Assembly (NCBI GenBank): GCA_004556205.1
Contig: SFIL01000016.1
Coordinates: forward strand, 3,898-67,897
Reading direction: 5' to 3'
DNA from: Clostridiales bacterium
Lineage (GTDB): Bacteria > Bacillota > Clostridia > Oscillospirales > Oscillospiraceae
DNA: 64,000 bases
Numbering within the stretch: the first letter of the stretch is position 1; every line of letters begins with the position of its first letter. This document shows positions 27,767 through 35,796 of the stretch, piece by piece. The notes under the pieces are model-generated. The model saw nothing but the letters and a program-made list of their open reading frames with translations, did no database searches and was not told where the DNA came from. A program made the translations under genes and the position numbers.

Positions 27767-28812
27767 ATGTCCGTTGATGAAATCATTCTCTGGCTGATGG
27801 CAATTTTTATGGCGCTCGGCGCGCTCGACCGCATTTTCGGCAGCCGCTTGGGACTCGGCAAGCAATTCGAAGAGGGCATCTTAGCCATCGGCGCGCTCGC
27901 CCTGTCCATGCTCGGCATTCTCTCCCTTGCGCCCGTGCTGGCAAAGCTCCTGCGTCCCGTCCTCGTGCCGGTCTACGGCTTTCTCGGCGCGGATCCCGCC
28001 ATGTTCGCAGGCACCATCCTCGCAAACGACATGGGCGGCGCACCCCTCGCCTTTGAGCTTGCGCAATCCACGCAGGCGGCGCAGTTCGGCGGACTGATCA
28101 TCGGCGCAATGCTCGGCGCGACCGTCGTCTTTACGATCCCCGTCGCCCTCGGCATCATCCGTCCCGATGACCGTCCAGCCCTCGCTAAAGGTGTCCTCGC
28201 GGGCGTCGTCACGATCCCCGTGGGCGCGTTCGTCGGCGGACTGGTCGCGGGCTTCCCGATTCTGATGATCCTGCGCAACCTCGTCCCCATCGTGCTGTTC
28301 GCGGTTCTGATCGCCCTGGGCTTGTGGAAATTCGAGCGCGCCATGATCAAGGGCTTCATCGGCTTCGGCAAGGGTGTCCTCGCACCGGCATCACCGTCAT
28401 CCCCGGCATGGCACCGCTTTCGGACGGTGTCGGGGTCGTCGCGGGCATCGGCTTCGTGCTGGCAGGCGCGTTCCCCTTGGTCTTCGTGCTGACCAAGGTG
28501 CTCAAAAAGCCGCTTTTGAAGCTGGGCGGACTGTTGGGCATGAACGAGATCGCCGCTGCCGGCATGGTCGCCAGCCTTGCCAACTCCATCCCCATGTTCG
28601 GCATGATGAAGGACATGGATGCCCGGGGCAAGATCCTCAATGTCGCCTTCGCCGTCTCCGCCGCCTTCGTCTTCGGGGATCACCTGGGCTTCACGGCGGG
28701 CTTTGATAAAACCATGCTCGTCCCCGTCATCATCGCCAAGCTCACCGGCGGCATCGCCGCCGTCCTCGTCGCCCTCCTCCTCACCCGCAGAACGAAAGAA
28801 GCCCCGCAGTAG
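27767..28812 (+). pseudogene. eutH: ethanolamine transporter EutH with internal deletion and frameshift near 28383
   Basis: GLGKQFEEG, ADPAMFAGTILANDMGG, GATVVFTIP, then in another frame IPGMAP, LAGAFP, LANSIPMF, FVFGDHLGFTAG. Confidence 0.9.
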
Positions 28813-28859
28813 GGCGACGACCCCACATTGCAGCTGTAGGGGCGGCTATCAGCCGCCCG
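28809..28859 (+). repeat. GTAG-type REPs after eutH
   Basis: Degenerate GTAGGGCGACGACCCC at 28809; full GTAGGGGCGGCTATCAGCCGCCCG at 28836-28859. Confidence 0.75.
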
Positions 28860-28878
28860 GTGCAGGCATTTCTTCCGC

Positions 28879-28907
28879 TTGACAGGCTATCCGAAGTATG
28901 CTATTCT
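28879..28907 (+). promoter_or_regulatory. sigma-A promoter
   Basis: TTGACA-17 bp-TATTCT with TG extension. Confidence 0.55.
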
Positions 28908-28949
28908 TACAATAGATGGAAACTCCATCAAAAACCGCAAGGAGGAAGC

Positions 28950-29348
28950 ATGATGAAAAAGCGGATCGCATTTCTCACCGCCGGCATTGCAATTCTGTTG
29001 ATCTTGACCCTTCTGCCGTGGGCTGCGCAGCTGGGCGAGGGCGATAACGGCGGCAACCGTTTCGTCAATTACTATGCCGGTATCGGCATAAACGGCAACC
29101 TCTTCATGCCGCTCTCCGGCATTCTGACCGCCGCTGCGCTGCTCCTCGCGCTGCTGCATCTGTGCGGCGTGCTGCACGGCAGCCCGATCGCCTGCGGCAT
29201 TTTGCTGATCTTATCCACCGTCAGCACGATGTGCTGCCATTTGTTCGGCGTAGCGGATTTCTTCTCCCCGCTGACGGTCGTTATCACCGTCGGGCAAGCC
29301 CTCGCAGCAGTCTACGCCCTCCTTGCCTGCCGCGTCAAACCTACATAA
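28950..29348 (+). CDS. small membrane protein (about 4 TM helices), function unknown
   Basis: AAGGAGG RBS, own promoter, four hydrophobic segments. Confidence 0.7.
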   Translation: MMKKRIAFLTAGIAILLILTLLPWAAQLGEGDNGGNRFVNYYAGIGINGNLFMPLSGILTAAALLLALLHLCGVLHGSPIACGILLILSTVSTMCCHLFGVADFFSPLTVVITVGQALAAVYALLACRVKPT

Positions 29349-29401
29349 CGCCATACCGAACCTGATTTTCGCAGAAAACCCGCTCCGATGCAAATTTTTT
29401 C

Positions 29402-29430
29402 TTTACAGGCCGAGGCAATTCGGTTATACT
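29402..29430 (+). promoter_or_regulatory. prfB promoter
   Basis: TTTACA-17 bp-TATACT. Confidence 0.55.
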
Positions 29431-29463
29431 ATGGTAGGAAAAATTTGAATCGGAGCAATTTTT

Positions 29464-30564
29464 ATGATTGAATTTGAAGAATACAAAGGAAAACTCAACG
29501 ACTTAAAGCCGAAGCTGGAGGAGCTGCGTGCGGCGTTCCTGCCGCAAAGCGTACTGGACGAATTGGAGCGTCTGCACGCGATGGCGGAGGCACCCGGCTT
29601 TTGGGACGATCCTGCCCGCTCACAGAAGGCGGTCATGCGCACCAAGGCGCTGGAGTCCAAGGTGGAGAAATTCAACGCCATGTCCTCCTCGTGGGATGAC
29701 CTCATGACCATCTGCGAGATGGCACTGGAGGAAAACGACGACTCCATGTTGGACGAGCTGACCGAGGGCTACAAGCACTTGGAGAGCGCCATGGAGGAAG
29801 CGCGGCTGGAAACGCTTCTGCGCGGCGAATATGACGGCAATAACGCCCTTGTCTCGTTCCAAGCGGGCGCAGGCGGCACGGAGGCACAGGACTGGTGCCA
29901 GATGCTCTACCGCATGTACACCTTTACCTATAAGATCATGGACTATCTTGAGGGCGACGAAGCGGGCCTGAAATCCGCAAGCATCATGGTCGAGGGCATG
30001 AACGCCTACGGCTTCCTCAAGAGTGAAAACGGCGTACACCGTCTCGTGCGCATCTCCCCGTTTGACGCAAACGCGCGCCGTCAAACCTCCTTTGCCGCCG
30101 TCGAGGTCATCCCCGAGATCACAGACGATGTAGAGGTCGAGATCCGTCCCGAGGATATCGAGATGCAGGTCTACCGCTCCTCCGGCGCGGGCGGTCAGCA
30201 CATCAACAAGACCTCCTCCGCCGTGCGTCTGATCCATAAGCCGACGGGCATTGTCGTCTCCTGCCAGACCCAGCGCGACCAGTTCCAAAACCGCGAAAAC
30301 TGTATGCGGATGCTGCGCTCGAAGCTCTTGGAGATCAAGGAGCGCGAGCATTTGGATAAGATTTCGGACATCAAGGGCGTGCAGCAGAAGATCGAGTGGG
30401 GCAGTCAGATCCGCAACTATGTCTTCATGCCCTACACCCTCGCCAAGGACACCCGCACGGGCTATGAATGTACGAACATCAACGCAGTCATGGACGGCGA
30501 CATCGACGGCTTCATCAACGCCTACCTCACCTGCGCCGCCACCGGCAACTGGGTAACGAAATAA
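29464..30564 (+). CDS. prfB: peptide chain release factor 2
   Basis: GAGGTEAQDW, GVHRLVRISPF (SPF motif), RRQTSFA, GAGGQ, IEWGSQIRNY; continuous frame; apparent ~7-codon gap after MLYRMYT. Confidence 0.95.
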   Translation: MIEFEEYKGKLNDLKPKLEELRAAFLPQSVLDELERLHAMAEAPGFWDDPARSQKAVMRTKALESKVEKFNAMSSSWDDLMTICEMALEENDDSMLDELTEGYKHLESAMEEARLETLLRGEYDGNNALVSFQAGAGGTEAQDWCQMLYRMYTFTYKIMDYLEGDEAGLKSASIMVEGMNAYGFLKSENGVHRLVRISPFDANARRQTSFAAVEVIPEITDDVEVEIRPEDIEMQVYRSSGAGGQHINKTSSAVRLIHKPTGIVVSCQTQRDQFQNRENCMRMLRSKLLEIKEREHLDKISDIKGVQQKIEWGSQIRNYVFMPYTLAKDTRTGYECTNINAVMDGDIDGFINAYLTCAATGNWVTK

Positions 30565-30579
30565 ACCTCCAAAGATGTC

Positions 30580-30658
30580 GTAGGGGCGGCTATCAGCCGC
30601 CCGCGTGCAGGCATGTCCCTTGCATGTCTTCGCGAGGCGCGCAGTGAGGTGGCAATCT
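30580..30658 (+). repeat. GTAG REP and degenerate family A unit
   Basis: Units at 30580-30603 and 30625-30658. Confidence 0.75.
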
Positions 30659-30720
30659 AAGATCGGGGCTGCCAACTCCGCGCGGCTGACAAAATAATTT
30701 GCGTTTTCGCAAAATAGTGC

Positions 30721-30749
30721 TTGAAATCCGCAGTTTTTTGTGGTAACAT
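30721..30749 (+). promoter_or_regulatory. secG promoter
   Basis: TTGAAA-17 bp-TAACAT with TG extension. Confidence 0.5.
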
Positions 30750-30837
30750 CATTAGTACTGTTTGCAAATATGTTCTTTCGAACTTAATTTCGGCGCACCG
30801 CTTGCCGTAAGCGCGGTCTGATTTGGAGGTTTATACT

Positions 30838-31083
30838 ATGGGTACATTAAAGGTCATTCTTTTGGTTATGCAGCTTATTTCCTGCGTTGTGCTGACGGCG
30901 ATCATCCTGCTCCAGTCGGGCAAGGAAGACGGTCTGAGCGCACTCACGGGCAATTCCGACAGCTTTTTAGGCAGAAACAAGGCAGCGACGTTGGACGCTA
31001 AGCTCGCCAACCTCACGAAGTGGATCGCAGCAGCGTTTGTTCTGCTTACCTTCTTCGTCTCCATGCTCTACACTGCGGCATAA
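30838..31083 (+). CDS. secG: preprotein translocase subunit SecG
   Basis: Two TM helices around ILLQSGKEDGLSALTG...LANLTKW; GGAGG RBS. Confidence 0.9.
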   Translation: MGTLKVILLVMQLISCVVLTAIILLQSGKEDGLSALTGNSDSFLGRNKAATLDAKLANLTKWIAAAFVLLTFFVSMLYTAA

Positions 31084-31097
31084 GAACGGAAAGAATA

Positions 31098-31145
31098 AGG
31101 GGCTGCCTCTCATGATTTTTGTAAATCATTTTGAGACAGCCCCTT
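31098..31145 (+). terminator. inverted repeat after secG
   Basis: AAGGGGCTG...CAGCCCCTT imperfect long hairpin. Confidence 0.55.
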
Positions 31146-31151
31146 CTGAAC

Positions 31152-31318
31152 TAAGTGTGCCTTACGGCACGAGAAGTTTGCTTCACAAGTGAAGCTGCCC
31201 TGCGGGCAGTGAAGTTTCTGCGGAAGTGAGCAGCACACTTAACTTCATATTGTGCGAAGCACAATACTTCACCATGGCACAAGCCATAACTTCACATCAG
31301 CGTTAGCTGATACTCCAC
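31152..31318. repeat. symmetric ladder of GTGAAGT / ACTTCAC 7-mers separated by unique hairpins
   Basis: Four GTGAAG-like repeats followed by four ACTTCAC-like repeats; each spacer within an arm is self-complementary. Confidence 0.75.
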
Positions 31319-31469
31319 GAAAATCAAGAAATTTCAGATGTCTGTATTTTTCGTGGTGTAAACACATAAAACGCCACTGCATCGTTTGATGCGGTGGTTT
31401 TCTTTTTTTGCACGGGAAAACCGGAGACCTCCTCCATATTCAAAGGAGGATATATAACCGGCGTCGGAG

Positions 31470-31498
31470 TTGACGACAGGATGGCTTTGTGTTAGAAT
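31470..31498 (+). promoter_or_regulatory. hydrogenase promoter
   Basis: TTGACG-17 bp-TAGAAT with TG extension. Confidence 0.6.
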
Positions 31499-31556
31499 GT
31501 TTTAATAGTGCTCGACACATTTTCGGCTTTGGTGCAAAAAGAGAGGAGTGCTTGGT

Positions 31557-33068
31557 ATGCGGGGCATAAAAACAACGAAGTCCAGATTACGGAATCGGAT
31601 CTTTACCGAGGTCGCGCGGCTTGCCTTTGAGGGGTGGGACGCGAGAAAATTCGAAAACCTCCCTTACAAAATCATCCCAGGGGAGATGGCACAGTACCGC
31701 GACAGCGTGTTCGTTGAGCGCGAGGTCGTTGCGGAGCGTCTGCGCGCGGCAATGGGGTTATCCCTGCGCAAGTTTTGCAGCTATTCCTCCGTCCGTCACG
31801 GGATCGACGCGAGCCTGATCGACGAAAAATACTATGAGCCGCCGCTCATTGATATCATTAAATTTGCCTGCAACCGCTGCGACGAGAACAGAGTTTTTGT
31901 GACAAACGCCTGCCAAAACTGCTTGGAGCATCCTTGCATGGAGGTCTGCCCGAAAAAGGCGGTGAGCATCCGTAACGGAGGCGCGTTTATCGACGAGGAG
32001 AAATGCGTCAAGTGCGGCTTGTGCGTCAACGCCTGCGATTACCACGCCATTGTCAAGCATGAGCGACCCTGTGCGAAGGTCTGCGGCATGAACGCCATCC
32101 GTTCCGACGAATACGGCAGAGCGGAGATCGACCACGACAAATGCGTGTCTTGCGGGATGTGCCTTGTGAGCTGTCCCTTCGGCGCGATCATCGACAAAAG
32201 TCAGATCTTTCAGACAATTACCGCGCTCAAGAGCGACACTCCTGTTTACGCCGCCATTGCGCCCGCCTTTGCCGGACAATTCGGCAATGTGACCACGGGA
32301 CAGATCCGCACGGCGTTCCGCGAGCTTGGCTTTGCCGATGTAGTGGAGGTCGCCGTCGGCGCGGATCTCTGCACAATCGAGGAGGCAAAGGATTTCTTGG
32401 AAAAGGTGCCGTCGGAGCAGCCGTTTATGGCGACCTCCTGCTGTCCTGCGTGGTCGGTGATGGCAAAAAAGCTGTTTCCGGAATTTGCGCCCTACATCTC
32501 TATGGCGCTGACACCGATGGTGCTGACGGGGAGACTGATCAAAAAGCAGCATCCCGACTGCAAAGTGGTCTTTGTCGGCCCTTGTGCGGCAAAAAAGTTA
32601 GAGGCAAGCAGGCACTCCGTCCGCAGCGATGTGGACTTTGTACTGACCTTTGAGGAATTTGCCTCGATTTTGGAGGCAAAGGAGCTTGTGATCTCGGAAT
32701 GCGCCGAAAGTGAACCGCTTTGCGCGGCAAGCGGAGACGGCTTGCGCTTTGCCGTCAGCGGCGGCGTTGCCGGTGCGGTCGAGAACGCGATCCGTGCGAT
32801 CGAGCCGGAACGGGCAGTCATGACTGCGCGTGCCGAGGGACTGCCGAATTGTAAAAAGATGTTACAGCTTGCCAAGGCGGGAAAATATGACGGCTTCCTT
32901 TTGGAGGGCATGGCTTGTCCCGGAGGCTGCGTGGCAGGCGCGGGCGTGATCGCGCCGATCCGCAAATCGACGGATGCAGTCGGCAAGCTGGCACAGGCGG
33001 CGCCGTTGGCGCACGCAAGTGATTCTCCCTTCCGCACAGCGCTGGAGGCATTGGAGATCAGTGAATAA
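31557..33068 (+). CDS. monomeric [FeFe]-hydrogenase, group B-like, with N-terminal 4Fe-4S ferredoxin domains
   Basis: H-cluster motifs TSCCPAW, GPCAAKKLE, EGMACPGGCVAG; several CxxCxxCxxxC clusters. Confidence 0.9.
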   Translation: MRGIKTTKSRLRNRIFTEVARLAFEGWDARKFENLPYKIIPGEMAQYRDSVFVEREVVAERLRAAMGLSLRKFCSYSSVRHGIDASLIDEKYYEPPLIDIIKFACNRCDENRVFVTNACQNCLEHPCMEVCPKKAVSIRNGGAFIDEEKCVKCGLCVNACDYHAIVKHERPCAKVCGMNAIRSDEYGRAEIDHDKCVSCGMCLVSCPFGAIIDKSQIFQTITALKSDTPVYAAIAPAFAGQFGNVTTGQIRTAFRELGFADVVEVAVGADLCTIEEAKDFLEKVPSEQPFMATSCCPAWSVMAKKLFPEFAPYISMALTPMVLTGRLIKKQHPDCKVVFVGPCAAKKLEASRHSVRSDVDFVLTFEEFASILEAKELVISECAESEPLCAASGDGLRFAVSGGVAGAVENAIRAIEPERAVMTARAEGLPNCKKMLQLAKAGKYDGFLLEGMACPGGCVAGAGVIAPIRKSTDAVGKLAQAAPLAHASDSPFRTALEALEISE

Positions 33069-33106
33069 AAGGAACGACCCGCCCTTCACGGCGGGTCGTT
33101 CCTTTT
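33067..33106. terminator. bidirectional terminator
   Basis: AAAAGGAACGACCCGCC-loop-GGCGGGTCGTTCCTTTT between convergent genes. Confidence 0.85.
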
Positions 33107-33138
33107 AACACGGCGTCTCCGCTGGATGTAGCATTTCC

Positions 33139-34374
33139 CTACTGCTCCTGCGGTTCATATTCATAAATGGGTCTGATCGCTTTGCGGCTGCGCCAGATCG
33201 TCAGCCAGCAGCACACAAGCGAGAACGCCGCAGCAAGCGTGACACACAGGCGGTAGTCCAGCACCTCGCCCAGTGCGCCGATGACAAGGCTCATCACGCT
33301 GCACGACGCCATGATGCACATTTCCTCAAAGGCATTGACGCGGGCGCGCAGGTGCTCTGGGATATAGCGCTGCACCGCCGCCTGCCGCATCGTCGCGCTG
33401 TTGATGCCGAAGAAGCCCGCACAGGCACGGTTGACAAGCATCAGGGGATACGGCAGCCACAAAAGGCTCATATCCATGGCCTCATAGAACTGGTACACGC
33501 CAAAGGTAAAGCCGAATTTCTTCCTCGGCGCGAGCTTCATGCGGTACTGCACCGCGCCGCCGATGCTTCTGCCCAAGAATTCCGCAACGGAAAACAGCGA
33601 ATACATCGCTGCGGAAAAGCCCGGCGTCGTACGGAAGAACGCGACGAGCAGCGGTCCATAGCCGTTGCCCACACCGTTGGTAATCGCCATATAGCCGTAA
33701 ATATTCCTTAAACCGCGTTCCTGCTTTAAGTACCGCGCCGCCTCTTTGATGTCACTCCACCACAGGCGCAGAGAAAAGCGCTCCCCGTCCATGCGTTTTT
33801 CCTCGACAATGCGGATACGGCTCTCTACCAGTGCCGCCAGCACGGAAAGTCCCGCCTGAATCATGAGCAGCCACGCAACGCCCAAATGCTCAAACAGCAC
33901 CGCAGCGACGGGCATCATCAGCACTTTGAGTACCGGATAGAGCATCGACGAGACGGTATACCCCTTCTGCTCCATACCCTCCGGAATGAGCTTCGGATAA
34001 ATACTGTTATACGCCAGCTCGTCAAACGCGCCGAGACTCGACAGCAGCAGGGAAAAACCGAGATAGCCCACATAGGAAAATTTGAAAAACAGCAGATAAA
34101 GCCCCGCGAGGGCGTAAAGCACGCCGTTGAGCACATCGCCGCCGACCAAAAACGGCTTGCGCGGCATACGGTCCATCCACGGCGCGATGATAAGCGGCAG
34201 AGCAAAATACGGTACAAGCTGAATAGCAAGGATCAGCGCCGAGGCCAAGGTGCTTCCCGTCTCGTCGAACACCAAAAAGGACAGTGCAAAGCCGCCCGTG
34301 ATGCCGCCGATCGCACCGAGTGCGCTTGCCACCGTGACGAGCGTAAAATTCCGCGTCCAAAGCGTCTGTTTCAT
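33139..34374 (-). CDS. MFS transporter (exporter type)
   Basis: About 12 hydrophobic segments; APWMDRMPRK motif A variant; IPEHLRARV. Confidence 0.88.
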   Translation of the reverse strand: MKQTLWTRNFTLVTVASALGAIGGITGGFALSFLVFDETGSTLASALILAIQLVPYFALPLIIAPWMDRMPRKPFLVGGDVLNGVLYALAGLYLLFFKFSYVGYLGFSLLLSSLGAFDELAYNSIYPKLIPEGMEQKGYTVSSMLYPVLKVLMMPVAAVLFEHLGVAWLLMIQAGLSVLAALVESRIRIVEEKRMDGERFSLRLWWSDIKEAARYLKQERGLRNIYGYMAITNGVGNGYGPLLVAFFRTTPGFSAAMYSLFSVAEFLGRSIGGAVQYRMKLAPRKKFGFTFGVYQFYEAMDMSLLWLPYPLMLVNRACAGFFGINSATMRQAAVQRYIPEHLRARVNAFEEMCIMASCSVMSLVIGALGEVLDYRLCVTLAAAFSLVCCWLTIWRSRKAIRPIYEYEPQEQ

Positions 34375-34420
34375 ATTTCTCACCCCGCTATCATCATAGC
34401 ACGGCATTTAACCAAAGGAA

Positions 34421-34460
34421 AGCCGCTTCTTTTGAGAAAATTTTCTTAAAAGAAGCGGCT
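34421..34460. promoter_or_regulatory. 40-bp near-perfect palindrome upstream of the MFS promoter (operator and/or terminator)
   Basis: AGCCGCTTCTTTTGAGAAAA-TTTTCTTAAAAGAAGCGGCT, one mismatch; TGcTATGAT -10 at 34393-34401 (minus). Confidence 0.6.
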
Positions 34461-34473
34461 AATCTATCCATAT

Positions 34474-35619
34474 TTAGATTTTAATAGGAAAATCTCGGCT
34501 CAGCTCATAGGCAAGGCGGTACTGCCGCGTTGCGGTGTACCATTCCAGCACCCACGGCAGATGAAACGAGGCGTAGCCGATGGGCAAGTTCCTGCGGCAC
34601 TCTGCAAAGACCGCCAACAGCATTTCGCCATATGCCGCATAATGCAGGTAGTCCGTATGCATCAATCGAAAACGCACCAAAGCGCACATCCGCTGTGCCA
34701 ACTCCGTCGGCGGATAGTCGCACGGCATACCCTCCGCGCGGTCAAGCGCGGCAAGCGCCTCCTCCTTTCGCCCGAGCTTTTCACAGCAGACGGCAAGCTT
34801 GTGCAGTCCCATGACGGAGGGCGCTTCCACCGCGGAAAAATAGCGGTACGCCGCGTCATACTGTCCCGTCTCCAGCTGTGCAGACGCCGTATTATACTGC
34901 ATATCCGCAATTGCTTTCGAATCGCCGAGCGCACGGGCAAGCTTTATGGCAATACGGTAATGCGCGTTCATCTCCTCGATGTTAAGCTGATTGCAGTAGC
35001 AGTTTCCCATATACATCTGCGCCAGCAGCATCAGCCGCGCCTCGCCGTTTGCCGCCGCCTGCTCGTAGCTTGAGCGCAGCAGCTCCACGGCATGGGTATA
35101 GCTCTCGCCGCGTTCATACGCAGCGACACCCGCCATCAGCGAAAGATAGGCGCATGGGTACAGGCGCATCGCCTCCCCGTTTCTACCCTGTATCAGTCGC
35201 AGTAAAGCAAGCCGCCTGTTGTCAAAATACTGCTCGAATGCCTCGGCAAGCGCCGCGTTCTTTTGCAGGAACGCCCGCATCAGTGCGGCGTCCGGCGCAT
35301 AGGTGCAGTGCGTCAGGTGTTCAATCTGCGCGGAAAGCTCTGCCTCGCACTCCGAAAGCGCCACGCTGTCATAGGAAAACACCGCCTCATAGAAACGGTC
35401 CGTCAACTCCTTTGCCTGCAGAAGCGTCTTTTCGTCGTCATACCAAGCCAGCTCCAGCCGCGCGAACAGCAGGCGCAGAATTTCCGAACTTGCCTCTGTC
35501 TTTCCCTGTTCGATCTTTGACAGATAGGATACCGCGCAGATGCCGCTGCATAAGCCCTCCTGGCTCCACTGCCGTTCCTCCCTCGCCTGCCGAATCACTG
35601 CCCCCGGATAAAGCCGCAT
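34474..35619 (-). CDS. XRE-HTH plus TPR-like transcriptional regulator (RRNPP-like architecture)
   Basis: WSQEGLCSGICAVSYLSKIEQGK HTH followed by a helical repeat region; GAGGAG RBS. Confidence 0.85.
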   Translation of the reverse strand: MRLYPGAVIRQAREERQWSQEGLCSGICAVSYLSKIEQGKTEASSEILRLLFARLELAWYDDEKTLLQAKELTDRFYEAVFSYDSVALSECEAELSAQIEHLTHCTYAPDAALMRAFLQKNAALAEAFEQYFDNRRLALLRLIQGRNGEAMRLYPCAYLSLMAGVAAYERGESYTHAVELLRSSYEQAAANGEARLMLLAQMYMGNCYCNQLNIEEMNAHYRIAIKLARALGDSKAIADMQYNTASAQLETGQYDAAYRYFSAVEAPSVMGLHKLAVCCEKLGRKEEALAALDRAEGMPCDYPPTELAQRMCALVRFRLMHTDYLHYAAYGEMLLAVFAECRRNLPIGYASFHLPWVLEWYTATRQYRLAYELSRDFPIKI

Positions 35620-35796
35620 TCTCCTCGCCTCCTTTGCCGCCATCATAGCAGAAAGCCAACGCTTTGGCAAGGCACACTGACAAGATTTTCCTTGAAGAAG
35701 CGCAAATTTTTTCAGCTTTTGTCCATGATTTGGGAAATATTATTTCCCGTATCTTGTATTTCGACAAAAATTACGCACAAGATGTGGTAATCTGTC

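Noticed and set aside
22963..28812. Programmed frameshifting in eutL and eutH (and pgi)
   Set aside because: Conserved residues are physically missing at each junction and there is no slippery sequence
31152..31318. CRISPR array interpretation of the repeat-spacer ladder
   Set aside because: Repeats are only 7 nt, spacers are 10-17 nt palindromes, orientation flips midway, and no cas genes are present
35760..35766. Perfect Spo0A boxes TTCGACA here and at 60368-60374
   Set aside because: A single 7-mer is expected several times by chance in 64 kb; no supporting context
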